A DNA stretch of 63,196 bases, filler included, from Octopus bimaculoides (lineage: Eukaryota), in the NCBI RefSeq assembly GCF_001194135.2. It is 6 parts of 5 records of this genome, joined end to end, with 100 filler letters (N's around TTAATTAATTAA, not from the genome) between each part and the next. Parts side by side here need not be neighbours in the genome. Positions count along the whole stretch, not along the records: positions 1 to 9,376 come from NC_068982.1; positions 9,477 to 21,450 come from NC_068995.1; 4 more parts are not named here. One strand, given 5' to 3'. Of this stretch, positions 1-11,454 are shown piece after piece. The position numbers were made by a program, and so were the translations under genes. The notes under the pieces were generated by a model. The model was not told the origin of the DNA. It saw nothing but the letters and a program-made list of their open reading frames with translations, and made no database searches. Position 1 is the stretch's first letter, and every line of letters begins with the position of its first letter.

Positions 1-350
1 GGGAAAGTTACTTCAGGTTGTCAATTCATTTGTCTACCTGGGAAGCTCTGTTCAAGATGATGGAAATCTTGATACGGAAATACACCTGCGAATTCAAAGG
101 GCAGCAAAAGCATTTGGTGGCTTGGAGTCACGCGTCTGGCGCCAGCGACATATAAATAACAATACAAAGCTGGCTCTTTACAAATCATTTGTCTTAACAT
201 CCCTATTGTATTCCTGTGAAACTTGGACCTGTAGGCATCCCCTCAATTAAAGCCATGATTTTGAGGAACCAATTGAGATGGTGTGGCCATATTGTTCGAA
301 TGGCAGATGAACGCATGCCGAAACAGCTGTTTTATGGTGAGCTTGCATGA
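1..350 (+). mobile_element. RTE-clade LINE remnant (3' part of RT ORF, internally deleted)
   Basis: Hand translation gives GKLLQVVNSFVYLGSSV...RIQRAAKAFGGLESRVW...LLYSCETWT, then in another frame LRWCGHIVRMADERMPKQLFYGEL, the typical RTE/BovB thumb and C-terminal motifs. Confidence 0.85.
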
Positions 351-1182
351 CAAGTGACGCGAGAAAAAATGGCATATATGATTATTAGTAATATATTTGT
401 GATTTCTAAAGCATTAATCGGTAGACGTACCATCACTAATTTTATAATCCTCATATTTTATATTGTTGTTGTAATTTCAACAGTATAAATGTTGTACATA
501 ATGATTTTTATTTTTTCCTATTTCTTATTCTCTTAAAACCGGATTTTGATCTTTTGAGTAAACTACCAATGAAAGTTTGCAATCGTCTTAATAGTGAAGT
601 GAATGTTTTATTACTTGTACAATGTAAACAGCTAGTGAAATCCTCACATATTTAGGTCAGCAACAAAGCTCACGCTGAATAATAGCAGCAATCCTTTTCT
701 TTTGCTTCTCTTGTATTTATGTATTTACATATTTCTGACTGCAACAGTAGGATTGGTCCTAGCAAGTACATTATTTTATCGGATCTAGTCTTTCTCATTC
801 GCGAAATAAGCTCTGCTTAATTTTGCTCAGATTGCTTTCAATTTTGGTGTATCGCTGCAACTCTGAACTTTGAGTACGATCAGCCAATTACGTTATCTCC
901 TATGTTAATGATTCTGATGTTATTTGGAATTCAAGTTGAGAAATTTGGGTAATTTTAGCCAATCAACAGACAGCCTGGCATTAGCAGCTTCTTACCATAA
1001 CCGTATGATGTGTTGTGGTTCACTGTATTCTGTGCCGCTGATGTCTATGTTGAATTCACCACTGCTTTCTTTGAACTGAAGATGTGTTTTTTTTTATCAA
1101 ATTTTTATCTTTTATATCTTATTTCAGTCCGAAGGTCTGCCGGAGATAGGAAAACTGAAAGACTTGTATACTTATAAACATG

Positions 1183-1557
1183 GTTGGCACTCCGTCGGTT
1201 ACGACGACGAGGGTTTCAGTTGATACGATCAGCCTGCTCGTGAAATTAACGTGCAAGTGGCTGAGCAGTCAACAAACACGTGTACCCTTAACGTAGTTCT
1301 CGGGGAGATTCAGCGTGACACAGAGTGTGACAAAGCTGGCCCTTTGAAATACAGGTACAACAGAAACAGGAAGAAAAAGTGAGAGAAAGTTGTGGTGAAA
1401 GAGTAGAGAAGGGTTCGCGACCATCCCCTGCCGGAAACTCGTGGAACTTTAGGTGTTTTCGCTCAATAAACACTCACAACGCCTGGTCCGGGAATCGAAA
1501 GCGCGATCCTACGACTGAGAGTCCGCTGCTCTAACCACTGAGCCATTGCGCCTCCAC
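1183..1557 (-). mobile_element. tRNA-derived SINE, family A (head GTGGAGGCGCAATGG...)
   Basis: Minus strand begins with tRNA-like A box (TGGCTCAGTGG) and B box (TTTCGATTCCC); body near-identical to copies at 53883, 55941 and 62876; 3' end GACGGAGTGCCAAC. Confidence 0.9.
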
Positions 1558-1604
1558 TTACAAACATACATACATACATACATACATACATACGTACGTA
1601 CATA

Positions 1605-2570
1605 TATGACGTTGTAGTTAAGACACTATAATGAAATCCGTTGGAAGGATAAGCCCGAAAACAAAGAAATAAGGACTCATAATAAGGCAGAATCCATAGC
1701 CACGTATAATAAAAAGGAATACGGTTCGAATGGACCAGTGAAGAGCTCAATAAAATGTAAACAAAACAGACCTGATATAATTATTTGGAATGGAGAAGAG
1801 AAACTGTGCACAGTTGCGGAAATCAGCTGCCCAGAGGATGTTAACATAAAGCTGAAGATAAATGGAAAAAAGAACACCTATCCTGAAATATTGAGAAATC
1901 TGCAGTTACTCTATCCAGATTACAAGTTCAGGTTTATACCTGTAATTATTGGGGTCCTGAGATATGTAACACAATGCCTAAGTACCGTTCCTGAGATATT
2001 AGGCTTCTCAAAATCAGAAAACAGAAAGCTTATTCGAAGACTATAGATCCAATCCATCACCGGAACTGCAAAAATCTGTAAAACTTTCCAGAATATTTTC
2101 ATTTAAATATATTTGAGCATGTCTAGATATGTAACTATTTGCACGAGAATACATACATAAAACATACAAGTCTGCACATACATACATACATACATACATA
2201 CATACATACATACATACATGCATACATACATACATACATGCATACATACATACATACATGCATACAAGCATACATACATACATACATACATACATACATA
2301 CATACATACATGCATACATACATACATGCATACATACATGCATGCATGCATACATACATACATACATACATATAATACATACATACATACATACATACAT
2401 ACATGCATGCATACATACATACATATATACATACATACATTTAATACATACATACATTCAAACTAAAATACCCTGTTGATGTTGAAATTCCAATGAAGGA
2501 GCCTTGAATCAAGGTTAGAAACCGGATCTTTCTCTACTGGCAAGAAATCTTGAAATAAAACGGATAATGA
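1605..2570 (+). mobile_element. R4/Dong-type non-LTR retrotransposon, 5'-truncated copy (RLE domain plus 3' UTR)
   Basis: ORF 1738-2046 has NRPDIIIW...VAEISCPEDVNIKLK...Y...IPVIIG, a PD-(D/E)xK restriction-like endonuclease; homologous to 3920-4765; flanked by and containing (ATAC)n. Confidence 0.85.
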
Positions 2571-2607
2571 CATACATAAATACATATATACATGCATACA
2601 TATATAC

Positions 2608-2702
2608 AAACAAAAATATTCTGTTGTTGATGTTGATATTCCAATGAAGGAGCCCTGGATGTAGGTTAGCAAGAAATCTGGAAATAAACTGAATAATGAC
2701 AA
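2608..2702 (+). mobile_element. Short 3'-terminal copy of the same R4/Dong-type element
   Basis: CTGTTGTTGATGTTGATATTCCAATGAAGGAGCC...GCAAGAAATCTGGAAATAAACTGAATAATGAC matches 2472-2570 and 4650-4752; followed by ACAT repeats. Confidence 0.75.
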
Positions 2703-2852
2703 ACATACATACATACATATATATACACATGCATGCATACATGCTTACATACATACATTCAACCATCTATACATACATTCACACATAGATGCATATATAA
2801 ATACATACATACATACATACATACATACATACATACATACATACATACATGC

Positions 2853-4765
2853 ACACTGTTTCATTGTGGATGACTTGAAACTTTATGCAAAGAATATGCA
2901 TGAGATGAAAAAGAGCCTTCACCTTGTTACAACATTCTCAAAGGATGTAGTGTTGGAATTTGGTCAGGATAAATGTTGTTATATGGTTGTGAAAAGGGGG
3001 AAAACTATAAACCAGATTAGTAACATCTCCATCAATGATTTGACTGTTTCTCCTATATCTGACGGGGAATGTTACAGGTATCTAGGGGTGGATAAAAACA
3101 TCTTACAATGACAACTGTAACAAAACACGTATCACTAAAATATATTACAGCCGAATAAATTAAATTTGGAACTCACAACTTTCTGCCGTCAATAAAACAG
3201 TGGCCCACAATGTGTTTGCAGTGCCAGTACTCATACCAAAATTTGGGCTGCTTCGCTGGACGCTTGATGAGATCCGAGCCATTGATGGGAAAATCCAAAA
3301 ATTACTAACAAGCACACGTAATGTCCACATAAACAGTGACGTAGACCACTTCTAACTAAAACGTAAACAAGGCGGCAGAATTTAACATCGATCCAAAATG
3401 CCTTTGAATGTCGTATCATATCTCTTCGGCAACATCTTTAAACCACAAAGTGTCGAAGTGCAAACCCTTGACCAAGTTTGCTTACATGCGACTGATAACA
3501 TCATAATACTTTGAAGGCAACTCCATGAACAACATTCTTCGTCTGATAACCTGGAATTCATGCTCGAAGAAGTTGCACGACTCTACCGCAACGTATCATC
3601 AGAGGTAAAGATGAGCCTATAAGAGCAGAAGACTATACATACATATGTTAATAGGAAGTTCCCAGATGATAGTAACATTGAACATGAACACAGTCTATCA
3701 TGAACCAATAGCCAGATTACTACAACCCTCTTTGAAAGGTATGCACTTGCAATCCAGGAACAAGAAATATCGACCAAGTAGCTGATGCAAAAAGGGATGT
3801 AGATGCAGGAAAATGTGACGATCGGTGCATATTTTGTAGAGTTAACACCGAAAATATCACCTACATCATACGCTGTTGTCCGAGAGTGTCATTATTATAT
3901 TATCTACCAATGAGACATGATATTGTAGCTAGGACATTCTAAAATGAAATCCATCGAAAGGATAACTTCAGGGACTAAGAAATAAGAACCCACAATATGA
4001 TAGAAGCCACAGGCCCTCATAATAAAAAGCGTACTTGTGGAATGTCCTAGTGCAGACCTCTCTAAATCATAAGCACAACAGACCTGATATAATGATTTGG
4101 GAGAGAAAAGAGAAACTATGTATAGGTGTGGCAGTTACCTGCCCAGGGGATGTCAACATAAAGGTGAACTATTGAGAAACCTGTAGTGACTCTATCCCGA
4201 TTACAAGTTCAGGATTATGCCTGTAATTATTGGGGCTCTGAGATATGTAACACACTGCCTAAGTACCAGTCTTGAGAAATTAGGCTTCTCAAAACCAGAA
4301 AGGAGAAATCTAATTCGAAGGCAACAGATCTAATCCATCAGTGGAACTGCAAAACTCTGTAAAACTTTCTAGAAGTTTTTCCTTTAAATATATTTGAGCA
4401 TGTCTAGATATGCAAGTATGTGCATGAGAAGACATACATAGAGCAAAATATACCAATCTGCACATATACATACATACATACATACATACATACATACATA
4501 CACACATACGTACATACATACATACATGCATGCATGCATACNNNNNNNNNNTACATACATACATACACACATACGTACATACATACATACATGCATGCAT
4601 GCATACATACATACATACATACATACATACATACATTCAAATAGAAATACCCTGTTGTTGATATTGAAATTCCAATGAACGAACCTTGAACCTAGGTTAG
4701 AAACCGACTCTTTGTCTATTGGCAATAAATCTTGAAATAAACTGAACAATGACATACATGCATAC
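2853..4765 (+). mobile_element. R4/Dong-type non-LTR retrotransposon, 5'-truncated and decayed (RT motif to 3' UTR)
   Basis: VDDLKLYAKN...FGQDKC...YRYLG (RT), CxxC...H...C zinc knuckle with RHDIVA near 3825-3930, HNRPDIMIW RLE near 4075; many stops and frameshifts; begins after (ATAC)n and ends in (ATAC)n. Confidence 0.88.
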
Positions 4766-5039
4766 ATACATACACATGAAAATGGCGCCGTCAACACCAG
4801 AAGTGCAGACGTAGAGGACCGCATAAAATCCTTTTGAACGTTGTCTCCTTAAATAATGCCGATTCCTCTATCCTAAATCTGTAACTGATTAATTTCTCCA
4901 GTTATAAATGAAGGAAACACTTGCTATTCTAGCATTTTTCTGACCGGATTTTTAAACATAACTTACAAACTTTTACTCCACCTTTCTAACTAACTAATGT
5001 ATAACGGGAGGACGAACAAGTAGATTACCTAACTATGAT

Positions 5040-7085
5040 GGGCGTTATGTCTGTCTGTCTGTTTCTTTGTCTGTTCATCCTTCACGGCCAGATGGTTGGA
5101 CTAATGGTTACACATCGCCTCAATACTCAAGATATCAGCTTTCTTCAAGAGCTGTGTGTCTGGAGATTTTTAAGTTCCAGCCAATATTCAGAATGTGCCT
5201 CAGACATCTCTGATGAAAACGTTCAAGTACCATTGCATGACGCTTGTAAAGGGTCCATGTCTGACATGAGTAAAGGAGCAATGTCAGTACATATGCACGG
5301 TACACAGCAATTTTTGTTTTTGTTTGCCTTGTGATGCCATGCTGGGACCAGACACGAGACTCAAAAGACCGGAAGGAATCATTTGCTCTCTGCAACTCTG
5401 AAAGATATTCCATCATCCAAGCAACAAAAACGGTTGAGTGTGCTGCTCAGGTAGACAAACTTGTCTACCACTTTCAGCATTGTTTCTTCAACCTAGGTAG
5501 CTCGTTCCACATATGGATTCCTTGGTGCACGCTGGAACATTACAACAGTCGTGTCGAAATACCTTGCAAAAACCAGAAATACGATTCATAAGTATTTGCA
5601 TGAGAGATTAAATTAAAGTTTTCTGCATAAAGGGGGTTACGAATAAGAGAGTGGAAAATTATTGAATTGACAGCATATCGGTGCAGATTGAAGAGGCAGC
5701 CAGAAGATCGATACCTGACATATAATCCAAGAGAGCTAACCTTAGCAAAAGCATTAGTAATAGCAGCAGCAAATTACAAAGAGAAGAGAGTCGGAGCAAG
5801 GACGTCACCCTGTTTGACAACATTCTCTACAGGAATGGGTCTCGCCAAAACACCACCAACATTGACCCATCCCATCATGAAATGATTTAAGTCTAGATAC
5901 AAAGTGATCCGGACATCCAAGTTTGCCAAATATTTTCCATTACAAGGCCCTATTCACAGTATCAAAGTCCTTGGTTAAATAAATGAATACCCGGACAAAA
6001 TCTATATTCTGCTCATAACACTTTTCCTACATTTGTCTTGTGAAAATCATATCCATTATCCTTCTGCCAGATCGGAAGTCACATTGAGATTCAGGTAGGA
6101 CATCATATACGAGACACCCATTCAGGCGGGTAAGAAGAATATTTGCCAGAACCTTGCCAGCAGCTGATAGTAGGATAATACCTCTGTAGTTACCACACAT
6201 TATTTTGGCTCCTTTTCTTTTGTAGAGAGGAAGAATAATTGCATCCTTCCAGTCTTTAGGCATTGCACCATCCGTCCAGACTATACTAATAAGTTCATGA
6301 AAGGACTGTATGATGTAATCACCACCGAATCGCAAGACCTCAGCACAAATTCTATCCTTTCCAGGTGCCTTACCAAGATTCAATTTATTACTGCCATTAT
6401 CTCATCTATTGAGGGCATGCAATTTAAGGAGCCAATGATAGGTCTTTGTTACATAGTATCAAACACTGTTTCATCCACAACTGACTCATGGTTGAGGAGT
6501 TCAAAGAAGTGTTCAATCCAGCGACCTGTGATCTCTGCTGATTTAATAAATAGAGAGGAAGACTCATTGGAAAGTAAAGGAGCTGATGCAGTGCTCCTGG
6601 GCCCATTAATTTGCTTTATAAGATGGTAAAACCTCTTGCTGACATTTGCATCAGCAGCAGCCTGAACATCACGAGCAAGATCCTCCCACCAAGTGTTCTA
6701 CATCTTTCCGAGTGATCGATGCAATAGTGATTTAACACTGCTATAGTTGGCAAGTGCTAGATTTCGCTGCACAGCTGAAAGTCCTTTGTGGAGTAATATA
6801 TTGTGGGCATGATGCTTTACCGAGGATTGCCAACGCGCCCCATTCTCTCTTTCACTCTAATCATGTCGTAGATATCACGCTTGCAGATAATGACATAATC
6901 CAAGTACCAAACTTTAGATCTGTGATGCATCCACGTTGTTGTGTGATTATCATTGTGCATAATACGAGTGCTTGTGATGTAATGACCATTTTCATCGCAA
7001 AGCTCCAGCAACATGTGACCATCGAAATCTATAGTCAATTTAAGTCCTGTTAAATATAATGAGCTTTTTCCTTCCATACCTGATA
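5040..7085 (-). mobile_element. RTE-clade (BovB-like) LINE, decayed
   Basis: Minus-strand fragments in order: APE end YLDYVII; GKAPGKDRI...WKDAIILPLYKRKG...NYRGIILL...LPESQCDFRSGR; KQGDVLAPTLFSL; LLLYSCQTWTLY...LERFHQRCLRHIL. Confidence 0.9.
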
Positions 7086-8019
7086 ATTCCATTATAAAAT
7101 AGAGACATTAGTTCAAAATTTCTTACGAGCCTAAAACGAATATAATTTCCAAAAGTAGTTACTTGCACTCAGTTTTCTTATTTTAATCATAAAAATACAT
7201 AACAAAAACATAAGGAGCATCACTTTTGAATATATAGCTGTTGTTTACGTGTAGCCTATTTTTGAACTTCTATATGCTGCATAAGTATTTCATAAGTATT
7301 TCACGCTCTATAAAGCAAATTTTTCACTTTAGTGACGTATCCTGTCAAGTTTCACAAGCAGTTAGTGCTAACGCCACCCTCAGTTCACACAAATAGGAAT
7401 AATACTACTATTGCGAGTGTTTTATCGCTAGCTGCACAAAACAGCAGAGGTTCACAAACATGGAAGCCTGTAAGTATATATGTTGATGAATTTTTATAAG
7501 TATATATTCATGAATTTTCCGCAGTATATGTTAATGAATTTTCGTAAGTTCTCACTATATATCAGCTTCTATTATTTTTTAAAGCACACACCGTGATTGG
7601 CTTGATAAGGTGTTAATAAAATTCTAATTTTGCGTTCTGTCAGTTCACGGATCTTAATTAAAGACTAGTATAATCAGACTTGTAATATACGCTGGACGAA
7701 TTAAAACTCAACTTCGAGAAATATTCTTGAGTTTTGCTAAAAAATATTTTTGAAAATCTACGTACATGTGTGTATATGTGTGTATATGTGTGTACATGTG
7801 TGTATATGTATGTATTCAAATATTTTTATGTATGTGCGTGTGCGCCAGAGTGTGTTGATGGACGGAGGAAATGAAAACTTCATACGTAACAAGCAAAACT
7901 TTATAGCTGTTAATTTACATTCAAACTACTTTATATATATACATACATGCACACACACACACACATAAAGACACACACATACACACGCACACCACATATA
8001 TATAGATCGCTAGTCACTA

Positions 8020-8170
8020 CACATTCTTTATTTTCTCTCCTGGTTTCTTTCAGTGGAAGAGCGAAGGCTCAAAACGTTAAAGATCATTTCACTTCCCGAT
8101 CGTTAAACTAATACATCTGTTTGTTGTCTACACTACTTGTCTTCGTCTTTTGTTTTTCTTTTGTGAATTC
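8020..8170 (+). mobile_element. Short Penelope-derived terminal-repeat-like element with degenerate hammerhead
   Basis: TTCTTT-CAGTGGA-AGAGC GAAG GCTC-AAAA-CGTT-AAAGA at 8045-8083 has type I hammerhead topology, but the core is mutated (CAGTGGA for CTGANGA, AAAA for GAAA). Confidence 0.45.
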
Positions 8171-8877
8171 TCCGCCCCACCCCGTTTATATAATGTGTGT
8201 TTGTATATATGTCTGTGTGTGCGTGTGTGTATGTGTATATTAATACATAAACAAACATTATCGCAAAACAAACATACTTTTGTATCTAAATACAAAAAAT
8301 ATATAACTAATTAACTTCTCAACATAATGAATACCTACCTGAGAACCAATATAACTTAGGAAGAATACACATACACACATACACATATTATGCATAAAAG
8401 ATCGTGGGCAATGCCAAAATAATGTGAAGTAATTGCAAAATAAATCACAAGAAAAGAAATATGTGAATTAGTGTAGATTTACATTGTATTCAATATCTCG
8501 GGGTTATGACCCCATTTTCAAGAAATTGACGAATGTTGCCGATGTGCGTAATGCTCCATAGTAATTATTCCATTATAATATATTTATTTATATGCATATA
8601 TATATATACACACGATAATACTTAAACAATGTCATCGATGCACGTTTAATATATNNNNNNNNNNNNNNNNNNNNNNNNNNNNNNNNNNNNNNNNNNNNNN
8701 NNNNNNNNNNNNNNNNNNNNNNNNNNNNNNNNNNNNNNNNNNNNNNNNNNNNNNNNNNNNNNNNNNNNNNNNNNNNNNNNNNNNNNNNNNNNNNNNNNNN
8801 NNNNNNNNNNNNNNNNATTTCGTAATGAGATAAAAAAAAAACCAAGGCTGTGTATAATATAGATCATTTAAAAATAA

Positions 8878-8925
8878 GTATTACAGTTGTTTCCAGGATA
8901 TTTATTATGTTCCTTCATCGGAGAC
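8878..8925 (-). ncRNA. Minimal type I hammerhead ribozyme motif, decayed mirror copy (CCGAUGA core)
   Basis: Reverse strand reads GTCT-CCGATGA-stem II-GAAA-CAACTGTA-ATAC; stems I and III carry mismatches. Confidence 0.5.
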
Positions 8926-9085
8926 GGTGTTAGAGGATGGTTAGGCAATAGTTAGTTTACATAAGTTAGGAAATAGAGAGTGAGTGTAGGAATATTGTAT
9001 TTGTAAATCCATGCAATATCCCTACATTCCCTCTCTATTTCCTATCTTATGTAAACTAACTATTGCTTAACCATCCTCTCGCACC

Positions 9086-9133
9086 GTCTCCGATGAAGGG
9101 ATATAATAAATATCCTGGAAACAGCTGTAAGAC
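9086..9133 (+). ncRNA. Minimal type I hammerhead ribozyme motif (CCGAUGA core)
   Basis: GTCT-CCGATGA-AGGGATAT aataa ATATCCTG-GAAA-CAGCTGTA^AGAC: stem I GTCT/AGAC, 7-bp stem II, palindromic stem III ACAGCTGT, GUA cleavage triplet. Confidence 0.75.
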
Positions 9134-9376
9134 CTTCTATTTATAAATGTTCTATATTATACACAGCTGTGGTTTTTTTTATCTCATTAAGAAATCCTTA
9201 TATTCACACACTGATGTATGACCTGCGTTGAACCCCTTATTCGCATAATCACCGAACCTGGAGCTTAACCATGGTCTATCCACAGCACTACTTACTCAGC
9301 ATTACCTGAAACCTCTGGGTCTAATTGACACCACTATCGCTCATAACCTATATATATATATATATATATATATATA

Positions 9377-9476
9377 NNNNNNNNNNNNNNNNNNNNNNNN
9401 NNNNNNNNNNNNNNNNNNNNTTAATTAATTAANNNNNNNNNNNNNNNNNNNNNNNNNNNNNNNNNNNNNNNNNNNN
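9377..9476. other. Artificial scaffold-join spacer
   Basis: 44 N + TTAATTAATTAA (9421-9432) + 44 N = 100 bp; the palindrome gives TAA in all six frames. Confidence 0.95.
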
Positions 9477-10740
9477 TATATATATATATATATGCATGTA
9501 CACATGCATGCATATGTGTGTGTATGTGAAAAGTGTGTGAGGCAGAGAATGAGAAAAGGGCAGAGAGAGAGAGTAGAGAAAGTAAGAGAGAGAGAAAGAG
9601 AGTAAGAGAGGTCCAGAGTGGGAGATATACATTAGTAAACTTGAAATTCCTCAACTATATTAATATTTACACTATTCACTGTATTTAATATTGCAATCTT
9701 TGAAAGTTGCTTTAAAAGTCCAATTTTGACAGTTGACATCATTTGGAGGTTTCATTTTCTGTTTCACTTTTTATTTCTATTTTACTTTCTTTTTTCTTTC
9801 ACTTTTTAGCTTTTCCTTCTATATTTCGCTTTTATTTTTATTTTATTTTATTTTGTTTTTCGATTATAGAGTAAGACAGTCAGATTTATTTTGCTGTTTA
9901 AACACCAAAGATATTACTTGAGATAAATTACTTTAGTCAATTATAAAAGGATACTGGCTTGACATGTCAAGCGATACATATCTTTGGATAATATCAACTT
10001 TTTAACTATCTCTCCCTCTCCTTTCCTCATCTTTCATGTACATCTTCCTCTCATCTTTCTCTGTCTCTCTCTCTATCGCCCACTCTCTTTATATCAGCCA
10101 TTTTCTCTCACGCAAACATACGATATATTGTAAGGGTTATTATCTTACTGATATTAGTTTCAAATTAATGACTGAAATTCTTTACAGATAGATATTTAAG
10201 TACGCCAGTACGCTCTAACCCCTCGTGTATTCTCCTATATCAAATTCATATCTTTATGGAGATTCAGTTGGGAGTGAAACTATATCAAAGTACGCCAAAA
10301 GCACTCCTTAGAGGAAACCAATATTCAGTTTTCTATATTGCCTTCTGAATATTATATGTTGTTGTATCTTTGACACGAATTTGATTGAGTGTATCGTTTA
10401 AATATCACTGAAAACTACGTTTACTGTGAGATTTAAAGTTTAAAATATCTTTCAGACAATTCGACTTTTCGAGATAGCTTGAAATACTTCTATGTCACTG
10501 CTTTTATTGCGGAAGACATTAAACTACTGGTCAGATCAGATAACTAATGTAGACTATTGAAAGTGTAAACGGTTACGAGGATCCGGTACTCGCGCACTAA
10601 CACGCACAGGCATAACTACAGATATACTATATGTATATATATTTATACGTGTCCGTGTATGTGTATGCATGCATGTGTACATGCATGTATGTATCTATCT
10701 ACCTCTCTCTCTATGTATATATATATGTGTATATGTATAT

Positions 10741-10796
<56 letters not shown>

Positions 10797-10858
10797 TAAC
10801 ATAATGAGATAAAACATCCAAGGCTGAGTATAGTATTAAGAACATTTATAAAGAGAAG

Positions 10859-10906
10859 GTCTTACAGCTGTTTCCAGGATAATTTATATATCTCTTCATC
10901 AGAGAC
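10859..10906 (-). ncRNA. Minimal type I hammerhead ribozyme motif (canonical CUGAUGA core)
   Basis: Reverse strand: GTCT-CTGATGA-AGAGATATATAAATTATCCTG-GAAA-CAGCTGTA^AGAC. Confidence 0.75.
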
Positions 10907-11176
10907 GGTTCGACAAAATGTTTAAGTAATAGTTACTATGGAGAAAATATGAAATAGAGTGGAAGATTGAAAACAGACGTGAGATACGTAAGGATATTGT
11001 ATCTGCAGTTCCATTAATTAAGCAGGTACAGGAAACATATATACGCCATTCTGCTTAAGTAATGGAACTGCAGATACCATATCCTTACGTATCTCACATC
11101 TGTTTTCATTCCCCCACTTCACTTTGTAATTCATATTTTCTCTATAATAGCTATTACTTTAACATTTTCTCACACC

Positions 11177-11222
11177 GTCTCTGATGAAAAGATATAAAAT
11201 ATCCCGGAAACAGCTGTAAGAC
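11177..11222 (+). ncRNA. Minimal type I hammerhead ribozyme motif (canonical CUGAUGA core)
   Basis: GTCT-CTGATGA-AAAGATAT aaa ATATCCCG-GAAA-CAGCTGTA^AGAC; palindromic stem III. Confidence 0.8.
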
Positions 11223-11454
11223 CTCTTTACAAATGTTCTGAAAACTATTCACAGCCTTGGATTTTTTTATCCCATTCTATTAATTCTTATATATATGCAT
11301 GCTAATACACGACCTACGTTGGACTCTTCATTCGTATAATCATCGAACCTGGAGCTTAACTATAATCTGTCCATAGCACTTATACAGCATTACCTGACAC
11401 CTTTGGGTCTTCTTGACACCAATACCTCTCATACACTATATACATATACATATA

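Larger units (their letters stand above)
8818..9345. mobile_element. Penelope-like element inverted terminal repeat pair (foldback)
   Basis: 8818-8998 is the reverse complement of about 9012-9195 (12-13 nt spacer); each arm has a hammerhead motif; 9030-9345 is homologous to 11100-11440, which adjoins a GIY-YIG ORF remnant. Left arm cut by an N gap. Confidence 0.8.
10800..11440. mobile_element. Penelope-like element inverted terminal repeat pair (foldback)
   Basis: About 10800-11025 is the reverse complement of about 11051-11278 (roughly 225-bp arms, about 25-nt spacer); each arm has a hammerhead motif; same family as 8818-9345. Confidence 0.85.

Noticed and set aside
2041-2460. Long ORFs of MYVC/IHTY repeats (also at 4310-4824, 18254-19303, 20890-21315, 38798-41651 and others)
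   Set aside because: They are translations of (ATAC)n, (TA)n and (CA)n microsatellites, open in several frames on both strands.
7485-7555. Three about 25-bp tandem units (GTATAT..T.ATGAATTTT)
   Set aside because: Short AT-rich slippage repeat with no further structure.
9421-9432. Recurrent TTAATTAATTAA palindrome as a biological element (homeodomain site, PacI repeat or transposon end)
   Set aside because: It is always centred in exactly 44+44 Ns, so it is an assembly spacer.
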